DNA of 28,480 nt, taken from positions 1 through 28,480 of the forward strand of contig CAYVLA010000036.1 of assembly GCA_964452145.1 (NCBI GenBank), in the 5' to 3' direction. This document shows, one piece after another, positions 16,662 through 26,630 of the stretch. The notes beneath the pieces were generated by a model that was given only the letters and a program-made list of their open reading frames with translations, was not told the DNA's origin and ran no database searches. A program made the translations under genes and the position numbers. How positions within the stretch are numbered: the first letter of the stretch is position 1; every line of letters begins with the position of its first letter. Source of the DNA: Candidatus Hadarchaeota archaeon (lineage in GTDB: Archaea > CAYQAE01 > CAYVLA01).

Positions 16662-17582
16662 CTAGAGGCCTAGCATCTCCCTCGTCTCGAAAGGAGCGGC
16701 GATCTCTCTCCCCAGTTCGTGTGCGAGCCTAACCACTCTTTGGACCAGCATGCCGTTGGTGGCAAGTTTGGCCTTCTCGTAGTCGTAATGTATGTTGTCC
16801 TCGATGCCGATTCGAACCCCGCCACCCATCACGAGGGCGCCTGCGGTTATTGGAAGCTGGAACCTTCCGATGCCTGCAGCTGCCCATATGGCCTGGGTGG
16901 GCAGGGAGTTGACCATGTGGGCAAGGCTGGCCATGTTCGCCCTTGCCGCGCCCAGGGAACCCAGGAGGAGGTTGAAGTAGGGTTTGTCGTTGGGCAGCAC
17001 TCCCTTTCCCATCAGGTAGACTCCGTAATTGATCATGCCAGCTTCGAAGACCTCGAGTTCGGGCTTGATCCCTCTCTCCCTCATTTCTCCGGCTAGGTAC
17101 ATTATCGTCTCCGGCGGATTTGGGCTTATGCTCAGATCGTAGGTCCTTTCGCCGTCGCCTTCGCGCCTTGCAAGTGAGATGATCGTTCTTGGGAAGTTGA
17201 AGGAGCCCAGCGTCAGGCTGCCCATGTCGGGACGGGCCTTGCCCCTCAGCGAGAGAACTTCTGCCCTGCGAGCAGGGTCCTTGTAGAGCCTTCCGCTCGT
17301 GGAGGCGCAGACTATCACCTCGGAATCTAGTTCCCTTATCCGTCCGATTGTGTCCTCGTAGATCTCCTTGCGGTACGTCGGCCTGCCTTCCTCATCCCGG
17401 GCATGCACGTGCAGCATGGATGCCCCGGCCTCTATGCACTCCTGGGCTTCCCGTGCGATCTCCTCCGGGGTCGTCGGAACGTGCGGCGTGTCGGTCTTAG
17501 TCGGGACCATGCCGGTAAGGGCACAGTTTATGACGACCTTGGGGTATGGCCTGAGGGGGTGGTCCTGTAGACTGCCGTCCAT
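16662..17582 (-). CDS. Beta-keto acid cleavage enzyme (BKACE/DUF849; 3-keto-5-aminohexanoate cleavage family)
   Basis: VVINCALTG, PTTPEEIA, AGASMLHVHAR (HxH), KPELEVFE, GVRIGIEDN, ATNGMLV. Confidence 0.92.
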   Translation of the reverse strand: MDGSLQDHPLRPYPKVVINCALTGMVPTKTDTPHVPTTPEEIAREAQECIEAGASMLHVHARDEEGRPTYRKEIYEDTIGRIRELDSEVIVCASTSGRLYKDPARRAEVLSLRGKARPDMGSLTLGSFNFPRTIISLARREGDGERTYDLSISPNPPETIMYLAGEMRERGIKPELEVFEAGMINYGVYLMGKGVLPNDKPYFNLLLGSLGAARANMASLAHMVNSLPTQAIWAAAGIGRFQLPITAGALVMGGGVRIGIEDNIHYDYEKAKLATNGMLVQRVVRLAHELGREIAAPFETREMLGL

Positions 17583-17805
17583 GATGCCTGTTCGTCATGG
17601 CCGTTCTTAAACTCGTCGGAAGGGGGGTCTGGGGCTTGTCTGTGCCCATCCACCGAACCGTTCGGATGGTCACATCCGCTTCTGCATATCGGTAGATTCG
17701 CGGCCGCCTCCCGATCCCACACACGAGCATGCCCATTCATCCGTTCCGGTGGTTGGCAATGTACGACATTCGGGTAGGCCTTGAGGTTCGCTCCCCTTCA
17801 TCTCG

Positions 17806-18284
17806 TCAGGCCACCCTGAACGTTCCTCTCGCCGTATCGTGGCTTTCGCGAGCTCATGCAGTGATCGAGACCTCGTATTCCCCGGGCTTTCGCGGTGTGA
17901 ATGTCGCGCTCCTGATCGTGTCTGCACGCTCCCAGACATGGCTCCGTGGTGTAGACGGTACGGGAGTGACGGACAAGCCCTTCATCACAACTGGGTCTCT
18001 GTAGACTTCTTTCCCGCTCGTGTCCTTCACCGTGACATCCACACTGAGTTTCACTGACGTCCCCCTAAATCGAACGGTGTAGCTAGCCCAGACGGATATG
18101 TTCTGGTCGGAGCGTAGGTCCGGTTTGCGTGGTTGAAAAAGAGGTGCATCAGGTCGATCTCTGGTAGTTTTGGTCTGCCTGCATAGTGGGCAATTGTGGC
18201 TACTGCTATGATCGCCGCAAGCAGGCTCAGCATGGCTGCTGCTTTCCCCCGAAGCATTCTCAATGACTTCCTCTTGGATGCCAT
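17806..18284 (-). pseudogene. Probable frameshifted gene for a small membrane-anchored Ig-like protein
   Basis: A TM-bearing fragment (AAAMLSLLAAIIAVATIA) ends at 18051. A beta-strand fragment in another frame (VKLSVDVTVKDTSGKEV...FTPRKPGEYEVSIT) continues it, followed by further shifted pieces ending TFRVA*. Confidence 0.4.
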
Positions 18285-18453
18285 ATAGTTGTTTGTTTCC
18301 GACACTTTTCCCACGCCTCTGCCGTTATGGTCATCTCCGGTGTGGAATCAGAGGACTTGCGCAAGAGGACTTAGTTCACGGGCCACATTGCCAACTACTG
18401 CGTTCATAGAAACCCATATTAGAGTAGGGATAGCAGGTCGCGGGGGTGTAGGG

Positions 18454-18858
18454 ATGGAAAAGGCTGCAAGGTTTGGCGTTTCGATGCCGGCCGGGCTGCT
18501 TAGAGCTTTCGATGGGGCTATCAGGCAGAAGGGCTACGCCAACCGGTCGGAGGCGCTGTCAGATCTGGTTAGGGACTTCCTTTCCATGCAGAAATGGGAA
18601 GGGTCCGATGCGGAGGTCTGCGGCGCCCTCGTTCTCATCTATGACCACGAGAAGAGGGGATTGTCCGACAAGCTGGTCGACCTGCAACACGAGGAGCATC
18701 GCCACATCCTCTCCACCATGCACATTCACCTGGATGAGCGCAGCTGTATGGAGATGATGGCAATGAGGGGCAAGGCGAACGAGGTTAAGAGGATCTCGGA
18801 CAGACTGATGGTGATCAAGGGAGTCAAGCAGGGAAAGCTCATCATGACCTCGGCTTGA
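18454..18858 (+). CDS. nikR: Nickel-responsive transcriptional regulator NikR
   Basis: RHH RFGVSMP...GYANRSEALSDLVR plus ACT-like domain with YDHE, QH and HIHLDERSCME Ni ligands; start ATG 18454. Confidence 0.95.
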   Translation: MEKAARFGVSMPAGLLRAFDGAIRQKGYANRSEALSDLVRDFLSMQKWEGSDAEVCGALVLIYDHEKRGLSDKLVDLQHEEHRHILSTMHIHLDERSCMEMMAMRGKANEVKRISDRLMVIKGVKQGKLIMTSA

Positions 18859-18906
18859 CGATCGAGATGCCGGGCCCCGATGAGAGGCCTGCATGGAGGC
18901 ACTCCG

Positions 18907-20877
18907 CTAGAGGAATAGTGGAGTGAACGTCAAGGCGACGATGGACATCAGCTTGATCAGGATGTTCAGAGAAGGTCCGCTGGTGTCCTTGAAGGGATCT
19001 CCCACGGTGTCCCCGGTCACGGCCGCCTTATGCGCGTCGGAACCCTTGCCGCCAAGGTTTCCTCGTTCGATGTACTTCTTTGCGTTGTCCCAAGCACCGC
19101 CGGCATTGGCCATCATAAGGGCGAGGAGGAAGCCGGTTGCAGTGGCCCCTGCAAGAAGGCCGGCCAGGGAAGGAGGACCGAGGATGATGCCCACCGCCAC
19201 TGGCACCACAACGGCGAGAAGGCCGGGAAGTATCATCTGCCTCAGAGCTGCCGATGTGGATATGGAGATGCATCTGTCGTAATCAGGCTTGGACTCGCCA
19301 TTCATGATTCCGGGGATCGTCTTGAACTGTCTTCTAACCTCCTCGACCATCTTGCCCGCAGCCATGCCGACCGCGTTCATGGTCAGTGCCGAGAACACGA
19401 AAGGCAGCAGCGACCCGACGAAGAGGCCCGCGATCACATTTGGGTCGATGAGGTTCACGGTCTCGAGGTTGGCGGAATGGCTGAAGGCCGAGAAAAGTGC
19501 AAGGGCCGTGAGTGCGGCGGATCCGATGGCGAAGCCCTTACCGATTGCGGCGGTAGTATTGCCGACCGCATCCAGCGTCTCGGCTCGCTCTCTGACTTCG
19601 GGCCCCAGATCCGCCATCTCGGCTATTCCAGCGGCGTTGTCCGCAACAGGACCGTAGGTGTCCGTCGCGAGAGTAATACCGAGAGTGGAGAGCATGCCAA
19701 CGGCAGCCATGGATATGCCGTAGAGTCCTCCCAGCTCGTAGGATGCGATAATGGAGGCCACAACGGCCAGAACCGGGATGGCCGTTGATCTCATGCCAAG
19801 GGACAGTCCAGCGATGAGATTGGTGGCGGCCCCCGTGCTCGAGGCCCTGGATATCGATTGTGCAGGACCTCTTGATTCGGAGGTATAGTACTCGGTCGTC
19901 ATGCCTATGACTATGCCGGCGACTAGGCCCGAGGCCGTGGCGAGCCAGATAGACAAGGCATCGGAGCCGAGAAACATCGCTATGATGAAATAAGAAGCGG
20001 CAAACATCATGCCCGCGGCGGCGAAGATCCCCCGATTAAGTGCACCTTGGGGATTGTCGCCGGAGGTCCTCACGAAGAAGTTGCTGGCCACGGAGACCAG
20101 GATCCCCGTGCCCGCCACGGCCATGGGAAGTGTGGCGGCACCCTTTGCTGCGTAGATGGACAGCGCCCCAATTGCCATGGCTGCGATCATCGAGTCAACG
20201 TAGCTCTCGAAGAGGTCGGCTCCCATGCCCGCCACATCCCCCACGTTATCCCCGACGTTGTCGGCGATGACGGCCGGATTCCTTGGGTCATCCTCGGGTA
20301 TGCCCGCCTCGACCTTGCCTACGAGATCGGCTCCCACATCGGCTGCCTTGGTGAATATGCCGCCGCCGACCCGGGCGAAGAGTGCTATGGATGAGGCGCC
20401 GAAACCAAAGGAGTAGAGCAGCTCGGGATCGCCGAAGACGGCGTAAAGCAAGGAGACGCCGAGGAGGCCTATCCCGACGACCGAGAGACCCATCACGCTT
20501 CCGGACGAGAAGGCGACCCTTAACCCTGAGTTGAGGTTATCTCTGCAAGCCTCTGCCGTCTTGGCGTTCGCGATGGTAGCGATCCTCATGCCTAGGTTGC
20601 CCGTCAGGGCCGAGAAGAAGCTGCCCATGACGAAGGCCAGGACCGATCGCCATCCGAGAACCAAGCCCAGCGCGACCGACACGAAGGCTATGAAGATGAG
20701 CAGGATTCGGTATTGCTTGTTGAGGTAGGTCATTGCGCCTCGGTGGATGAGACCAGAGATCTGGGTGGCGTCCTCCCGTCCGCTCGGCTTGCGTCGGATG
20801 GTGAGGGCAAGGTAGAGCGCGAATAGGAGCGCCACGGCGCTGGCGAGCCACGGCAGAAGTGACAGATCTGGGGGCAT
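18907..20877 (-). CDS. hppA: Membrane-integral pyrophosphatase, K+-dependent, probably Na+-translocating
   Basis: [46 protein letters not shown] (Ala marks K+ dependence), [27 protein letters not shown]. Confidence 0.96.
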   Translation of the reverse strand: MPPDLSLLPWLASAVALLFALYLALTIRRKPSGREDATQISGLIHRGAMTYLNKQYRILLIFIAFVSVALGLVLGWRSVLAFVMGSFFSALTGNLGMRIATIANAKTAEACRDNLNSGLRVAFSSGSVMGLSVVGIGLLGVSLLYAVFGDPELLYSFGFGASSIALFARVGGGIFTKAADVGADLVGKVEAGIPEDDPRNPAVIADNVGDNVGDVAGMGADLFESYVDSMIAAMAIGALSIYAAKGAATLPMAVAGTGILVSVASNFFVRTSGDNPQGALNRGIFAAAGMMFAASYFIIAMFLGSDALSIWLATASGLVAGIVIGMTTEYYTSESRGPAQSISRASSTGAATNLIAGLSLGMRSTAIPVLAVVASIIASYELGGLYGISMAAVGMLSTLGITLATDTYGPVADNAAGIAEMADLGPEVRERAETLDAVGNTTAAIGKGFAIGSAALTALALFSAFSHSANLETVNLIDPNVIAGLFVGSLLPFVFSALTMNAVGMAAGKMVEEVRRQFKTIPGIMNGESKPDYDRCISISTSAALRQMILPGLLAVVVPVAVGIILGPPSLAGLLAGATATGFLLALMMANAGGAWDNAKKYIERGNLGGKGSDAHKAAVTGDTVGDPFKDTSGPSLNILIKLMSIVALTFTPLFL

Positions 20878-20896
20878 GCAGGAGGATAACGGGGCA

Positions 20897-20905
20897 TTTA
20901 TTTAA
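20897..20905 (-). promoter_or_regulatory. Putative TATA box for a leaderless hppA transcript
   Basis: Minus strand TTAAATAAA starts 28 nt upstream of the hppA ATG and overlaps the polX stop; no SD before the ATG. Confidence 0.45.
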
Positions 20906-22650
20906 GTGTCAGCTGCTCGTTTAGCTCCCAGCTGTTTGAGGATCTGGACTCCTTTGGCGCAGTTGGCCACATCCTTCCTCTCCAGCCAAGCCCTCCGCGC
21001 AACGGCCACTCCGTACCGCATATAGTCCATCTGCTTCGCATCGTGGCTGTCGGTTCCGATGGCCAGCTTCAGACCCATCTCGGCCGCCCGTCTTGCCAGC
21101 CTGTCATTCAGGTCCAGGCGATCGGGGAAGGCGTTGATCTCCAGCCAGACATTGTTTCGGGCTGCGGCGTCAAAGATGGCGTCTTCATCCAGGGAATACG
21201 CTTCCCTTCTCCCGAGAATCCTCCCAGTCGGGTGGGCCAGTACAGAGACAAGGCCGGTCGACATCGCCTGGATCATCCTCTGGGTCATGGCCCTCTTGCC
21301 TGACCTGAATCCAGTATGTATGCTTGCGACCACGAGATCCAAGGATTCAAGGACATCGCCTGACGTGTCCAGACTCCCGTTTGACTTGATGTCCACCTCC
21401 AATCCGGCGAGGACCCGCGGTCGGCCTTTGAGCTGGTCGTTGACCTCCGCGATCTCCTCTCTCTGCTTCACAACGTCGGATTCGTCCAACCCGTGGGCGA
21501 TCTTCAAGGTCTTCGAGTGATCCGTGATGGCGACGTAGTCGTAGCCGAGACTCCTTGCCTTGAGGGCGATGGACGTGATGTCGCTTCTGCCATCGCTCCA
21601 AGAACTGTGGACATGGAAGTCGCCCTTCACGTCCTGAGGCGAGATGATCTTCGGCAGCGTCTTGGCCAGTGCAGCATCGATCTCGCCGGCGTTCTCTCTC
21701 AGTTCCGGTTCGATGTACTCCATGTCCAACGCGTGGTAGATAGCCTCCTCGGTCTGTCCGGCTATCCTTCTCCCGTCGGAGTCGAACAGGCCGTATTCGC
21801 TCAGCTTCATCTGTCTGCGCTGGGCGATCTCTCTGAGCTTTATGTTGTGTTCCTTCGATCCCGTGAAGTACTGTAAGGCGCTGCCGAAACAGTCGTCGGG
21901 GATGATGCGCAGGTCAACCTGCAAGCCGTTGTTGAGCAGGACGCTGGATTTGGTCTCGCCCTTGGCAAGGATTTCCCTAACCATCGGCATGGATACAAAT
22001 CTAGTCGTCACTTTGGCAGGAAAGGCAGTGGTCACGAGAACGTCCACATCCCCGACAGTCTCTTTCATTCTGCGTATGGATCCTGCCAGGCTGATTCTCT
22101 GAAGGCTCGGCTCGGCCGAGAGGAGGGCCTCGATCTCCTCGGCGATGGCTAGGGCTCGACCCAGAAGCATCCTTTCCCTTCCCCGACGGATGAGGGCGAT
22201 TCCTCTGAGTATGTTCTCCTCCGTCTTCTGCCCCATGCCTTTGACCGCTTTGAGCCTATGGTCACGAACTGCCTGGTCCAATTGCTCGACCGTCGTAATC
22301 CCCAGACTCTCGTAGAGGAGTTTGGCAGTCTTGGGTCCGACATTCGGAATTCGCAGTAATTTGGCCATGTCTCCCGGGATCTGGCTTCGCAGCTGCTCGA
22401 GGTACGACATCCTGCCGGTCTGGATGAATTCCTCAATCTTGGCTGCGATGCTCGCGCCGACCCCAGGGATGGAGTCAAGGTTCTTCGACTCCATCAGCTG
22501 GACAAGATCGGCGGAGGACGCTTCCACCGATCGAGCCGCCCTGCGATAGGCCCTGGGTCTGAACTGGTCGCCCCGTATCTCCAGGATGTCAGCTATCTTC
22601 TCCAGTGCCTCAGCCACTTCGGTGCCGAGCAAGGCAGCCTCCCTCTTCAC
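20902..22650 (-). CDS. polX: DNA polymerase X with C-terminal PHP domain
   Basis: AYRRAA, HhH IPGVG, AGSIRR.KETVGDVD, VDLR, YFTGSKEHN; PHP motifs HVHSSWSDG, ITDHS, AHPTGR and TDSH. Confidence 0.96.
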   Translation of the reverse strand: MKREAALLGTEVAEALEKIADILEIRGDQFRPRAYRRAARSVEASSADLVQLMESKNLDSIPGVGASIAAKIEEFIQTGRMSYLEQLRSQIPGDMAKLLRIPNVGPKTAKLLYESLGITTVEQLDQAVRDHRLKAVKGMGQKTEENILRGIALIRRGRERMLLGRALAIAEEIEALLSAEPSLQRISLAGSIRRMKETVGDVDVLVTTAFPAKVTTRFVSMPMVREILAKGETKSSVLLNNGLQVDLRIIPDDCFGSALQYFTGSKEHNIKLREIAQRRQMKLSEYGLFDSDGRRIAGQTEEAIYHALDMEYIEPELRENAGEIDAALAKTLPKIISPQDVKGDFHVHSSWSDGRSDITSIALKARSLGYDYVAITDHSKTLKIAHGLDESDVVKQREEIAEVNDQLKGRPRVLAGLEVDIKSNGSLDTSGDVLESLDLVVASIHTGFRSGKRAMTQRMIQAMSTGLVSVLAHPTGRILGRREAYSLDEDAIFDAAARNNVWLEINAFPDRLDLNDRLARRAAEMGLKLAIGTDSHDAKQMDYMRYGVAVARRAWLERKDVANCAKGVQILKQLGAKRAADT

Positions 22651-22821
22651 GGTCCCGTGTAGCCCCTTAACTTTTTTTGCAGCCGGACGGAGGTTGTGCC
22701 TGATCAGTACTCCAGAACCAGGTGATCCTGACCTGCATATCCTGCCCGGATAAGCGAGACTGCGGGTGGATCGGTGGTATTCGAAGGAACGAGGGGGTAT
22801 TTCGCCCCGGTCAGAGAGCTC

Positions 22822-22833
22822 TGATACAAGTAT
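22822..22833. repeat. Copy 2 of the TGATACAAGTAT repeat (imperfect palindrome)
   Basis: Identical 12-mer at 23515-23526; lies 3 nt beyond the stop of the RHH gene. Confidence 0.75.
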
Positions 22834-22836
22834 TGA

Positions 22837-23502
22837 TCATTTCCGGGCGGCCTCAGGCCTTATGTTGACTTTGCCCCGGACATCGATCTCGTAGGTCCAT
22901 CTGTCTTTGCAGGACGGGCACGCAACCTGGGTGGAGTTGACCCCCCCGCTTCTCCAGACTGAGTAATCGCTGTACATCGCGATCACGTGCCGGCACTTGG
23001 GGCAGTGGACTGGGATCTCAGCCCTGCCTTTTATCTCGTCGGCGATCTTCTTGTGAGATCTTGCTGCGTTGGCGATGTCGTCTCTGTGGAGCCAGAGCCA
23101 GTAGCGGTTGTACTCCAGACCCTTGTGTGCGAAGTACGCTATTGCATCGCTGCGGGAGTTCTGGAAGCCAAGCTCCACTAGGACGTCGATGATCTGGTTG
23201 TCTTGGGCCAGCATTCTAACGGAGGTGGTCTCGGTTCCGGATGATGGGGTCATGCCGGTTGCCTGGAAGAGGCCCTCGCGCCAGTTCTCGGCCTGTTCCC
23301 TGACCTGGTCGACCTTCTGGACGAACCTCTTGGCTAGCTGCTCGATCTTGTCCCGGGAGAAACCGTTTTGGGCCAGGACGTTGGATATCTCGTCCTTCCA
23401 CTGGGAGAGCCGCAGGTAGGATTCCCTCCCAGAGAGGTATTGAGAGGTGAAGAGGACCCCCATCATGTCCGCGTACTCTTCACCGGTAAGGGTGACCGGC
23501 AA
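22837..23502 (-). CDS. Putative transcriptional regulator: ribbon-helix-helix domain plus C-terminal Zn ribbon
   Basis: TTSVRM...IIDVLVELGFQNSRSDAI matches a CopG/MetJ RHH pattern; CPKC-x24-CPSC. Likely start TTG 23502 after AGGAG (ORF track gives GTG 23529). Confidence 0.65.
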   Translation of the reverse strand: MPVTLTGEEYADMMGVLFTSQYLSGRESYLRLSQWKDEISNVLAQNGFSRDKIEQLAKRFVQKVDQVREQAENWREGLFQATGMTPSSGTETTSVRMLAQDNQIIDVLVELGFQNSRSDAIAYFAHKGLEYNRYWLWLHRDDIANAARSHKKIADEIKGRAEIPVHCPKCRHVIAMYSDYSVWRSGGVNSTQVACPSCKDRWTYEIDVRGKVNIRPEAARK

Positions 23503-23514
23503 GCCAACTCCTCT

Positions 23515-23549
23515 TGATACAAGTATCACGGGGCCATTAAATATCTTTG
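23515..23549 (-). promoter_or_regulatory. BRE/TATA plus palindromic operator-like site upstream of the RHH gene
   Basis: CAAAGATATTTAAT (23549-23536) followed by the perfect inverted repeat TGATAC-AA-GTATCA (23515-23528). Confidence 0.6.
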
Positions 23550-23919
23550 TCGATCCTTGAGGGAGGTCCTTGGTGGTTTCGCGAAGGGGGTCGGAAGGGA
23601 TGTTGACGATCCCCTGGTGGAGCGGGACCCAGTGAAGACGGTCAACGGACTATCATTCGATCGGAAACATGGGACCCGTTCCGACCTCCGGTGACGCGGG
23701 GCTACCCAGTGGGAGATGGAGGCTCCGATGAGGTGCCGCGCCACGCTCACTACATGTATCATCCCCGATCCTGCGGATTTTCCGACCGGTTCGAGCCACA
23801 CATCCCCTCACGCGTATCGAAAGGTGGGACAGGCAGAGACATCCGCGATCATGGAGCCGGACATCCTTCACCATATTCGTCGTGATGTTCACCGTGCCGC
23901 TCGCGACAAGAGGAAGGTC

Positions 23920-23957
23920 GTTGTGATCGTCTTGTGATCGTGTTGTGATAGTCTTGT
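23920..23957. repeat. 11-bp tandem repeat, ~3.5 copies
   Basis: GTTGTGATCGT CTTGTGATCGT GTTGTGATAGT CTTGT. Confidence 0.8.
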
Positions 23958-25693
23958 CTTTCCTCTCGCGTGAGAACGATGTGGATCGAGATTGTGTTCA
24001 TGCCCTAATGGTGAAGATTCCGTGCGGGATTGCTAGGCTGGGATCGGCAGGGAAGGTCACCGCATCCAAGGTGTCTTCACAGCCATCGTCTTCGATCCCG
24101 GATTCGGATATGCCTGGGTTCGTCTGCAGACAATCTCGTGTGCCATGAGAAAAACGCGTCTCTAGGGGCGGATGGCCCCGGCAAAAGGCGGAAATTACCA
24201 ATCCCCCGACAGCTGTGTCCCTTCCCACCCTCAACAGGTAACAATCCCCCGCAGACGGTGTATCCATCTTATCTGACCACTGATCGTTCATGCCTCTGAT
24301 CCTGTATCGGAGGAATTTGCTACAGAGAACAACGAGGAGCCAACGAATGACGGTTCAGGATCGGCAATCACTCCTGACGCATAACTGGCGAAGCAGACCC
24401 GACACGAACATCGCGGGGTGAGTGCCCGTGCCGGGACAAGCTCTGGAGAACACCTCATCGACATGACCAACTCCCCATCGTTGTGGCCCGAGCCAACGGT
24501 GACATGAGCTCATCCGATTTCTGCTAGGAGGGATCGAGCCTTCTACCGGTGGTCGTGCATCGGGCGACAGGACCGTGAATCCGATTCGCCCAGAACATTT
24601 CCTGAACGAATCGAAACGTTGGCGTGTGCCTCGATGAATCCAGAGGTGGAAGCTTCGATCGCCCAAACGTTGAACCACCGCGCCAATCTTACGAAATCCA
24701 GTTGCAGAGCATCGTCGGTGGCGGTCGGTTGCGCGGCCGAATGTGTGGGCGATCCTCGTATCCTCTCTCCTGTGTTGAGGTGTGTTCATCGACCTGATAC
24801 ATGTACCATCCACAGCCAACGCACTGGTTCCCGCCACAATCAGCTCGAGATGCCTGGGTCCACATGCCATGGTTCCGATCCCCGCCTGTCCGATCTGTCC
24901 GTCACCTAGAGTCAGATCATATCTGATCGCAGAGCCAAGTCGAGCAACACATCGTTCCACACGCACAAATCAAGACAGGCTCCACTCTGTCGAAAGAAGA
25001 GGGCCTTGAGATTCCTGGTAGACAGCCTGACACATGTATTGACCTGATCTTGAGGACCTGGATGGAGGCGAAACGGTCAGGCGACACGGTAGGCCCAGAT
25101 TTGGCTAGGGGAAAGGACACCGTCCATGTCGGAGAGCCTCGAATCAGACCAATGCGTATCAGTCCATCGAGAGCGAGGTCCCCCATCTTCTCCTCTCACC
25201 CGGTTAGGATCTCCAAGCGCTACTCATCCAGCCTGGGAAAGCAGTTCGTCTGCAACGCATGCCCTGTCAACGGAAGAGCGATGATGCAAGAAAGGTGCGG
25301 ATAGGTTCGATGGAACCAATTCCGATCGGTCTTCCGATCGATCAACGTAGGTCAACTCCCTTGGGGAGGCGATCCTCAGGACTGAAGAGAAGGGGGCCAA
25401 GAATTGGGTCGAATGTTTCCTCGTTCAGAGAGTCATCGGCCTGCCTCAAGAGCTTCGGATCGGTCGGCTCTTGACAGCGAGGATGCACGCGAAGGTCAAG
25501 ATGTTCGCCGGGTCCTAGGACCGGTCTGTCACACCTCTGCAGCAGAGCGCTCGTCGTCGGAAGGATACATGGGGCGGGCATGGAATGAGTTCCGGCGGAA
25601 TGCGAATGTTTACGACCTCCGACCGGAATGGTAGAAAGGGGGCGAGGATTGTTTCGCGCCGGTAGGGGATGGTTAACGAAGCTGGCTAGTGAC

Positions 25694-25876
25694 TCAAGGC
25701 TTCCTCAACATCTCGATGGAGTCCGAGGAAGTCCTGTCCACAGCTAGTCTGTCGCCTTTCTTCCAGCCGAGGGACTCCACCACGTTTTTGGGTATCGTGA
25801 TGGTGTACTGCGTCGTGTCGCCGCCCTTGGGAAGCGGGTGAGATTTCTCCTGGAGCTTGACGGTGGTCTGAGGCAT
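25694..25876 (-). CDS. AbrB/MazE/SpoVT-family DNA-binding protein (60 aa)
   Basis: MPQTTVKLQ...QYTITIPKNVVESLGWKKGDRL is the swapped-hairpin pattern; ATG 25876 follows GAGGT. Confidence 0.82.
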   Translation of the reverse strand: MPQTTVKLQEKSHPLPKGGDTTQYTITIPKNVVESLGWKKGDRLAVDRTSSDSIEMLRKP

Positions 25877-26630
25877 TCGGACCTCGAAGGTTTCCAAGAG
25901 CCATGTGCCCTTGTTGTCCCAGACGTCCGCGAGGATCTTGCCTGACTGTCGCCTTATGCATCCTCGGGGCGTGGAGCCCGAGAATAGCGATGACTGGCCA
26001 TCGCCCTCAGGTCCCGCGAGGCCCGAGGGGCATCTAAGCTTGCCGTAGGGAGTGTACAGCACCTTTCCCTTCAGCAAGGCCGTTCTCACTCTTGTCCTCC
26101 TCCTGAAACACCGAACCCGAATGCAAAGAATAAAAAGAGTTTGCACAATGGGGGAATGCCAACTGATCAGATCGCAATATGTGCAGATGGATCCTCACTT
26201 TGGTCGGGGCAGGCAAGCCATCCATGCCGGGGGTGGTGGAAGCCAAGCGAATCCAGCCTCTGCCTGATACATGTAGCATTCAACGGCTATCACCGTGTAA
26301 TCCAGAACGGCCCTTGGGTCAACAGACCGGAACGGAGGACTGCAGAGCTTACCGCGAGGAGGGAACCAAAGAGGAGCATCACCGTACGAAGGTTCCTCCC
26401 AACCAGGGGGAGTTCACCGGCATCCGTGGTCTCGAGCATCTGATATGCGGCGGGCCCAGCCCTGACGAGCTCAGGTATCCGGTTACCACATGTATCATCA
26501 CCGGGGAATCCTGCGCACGGCTCAACATGGTCCCGGATGTCGTCCTCCATTGTATGCCTCCGGTGCCTCCGGTGAAAAGGAGTTAATAGAGGTCGAGGCG
26601 CAAGGGCTATATCAGAGGGAGGTAGAAGAG

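Noticed and set aside
24355..24966. LAVDGTCIRS resembles the first Asp motif of IS4/IS5 DDE transposases
   Set aside because: No further DDE motifs or terminal inverted repeats recognised; the rest of the ORF looks random.
25140..25230. Stop-codon recoding (Pyl/Sec) to explain in-frame TAG/TGA
   Set aside because: TAG and TGA terminate bona fide genes in this window and no homology supports readthrough; decay is the simpler explanation.
25352..25362. TCAACTCCCTT matches the tRNA-Ser T-arm (possible attR of an island from 6220)
   Set aside because: Only 11 nt, no integrase, the acceptor-stem part does not match, and the enclosed genes (hppA, polX, nikR) look chromosomal.
25342..25581. FDPILGP resembles a longin/uDENN N-terminal motif
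   Set aside because: Seven residues in a short, unconvincing ORF without the expected preceding beta strand.
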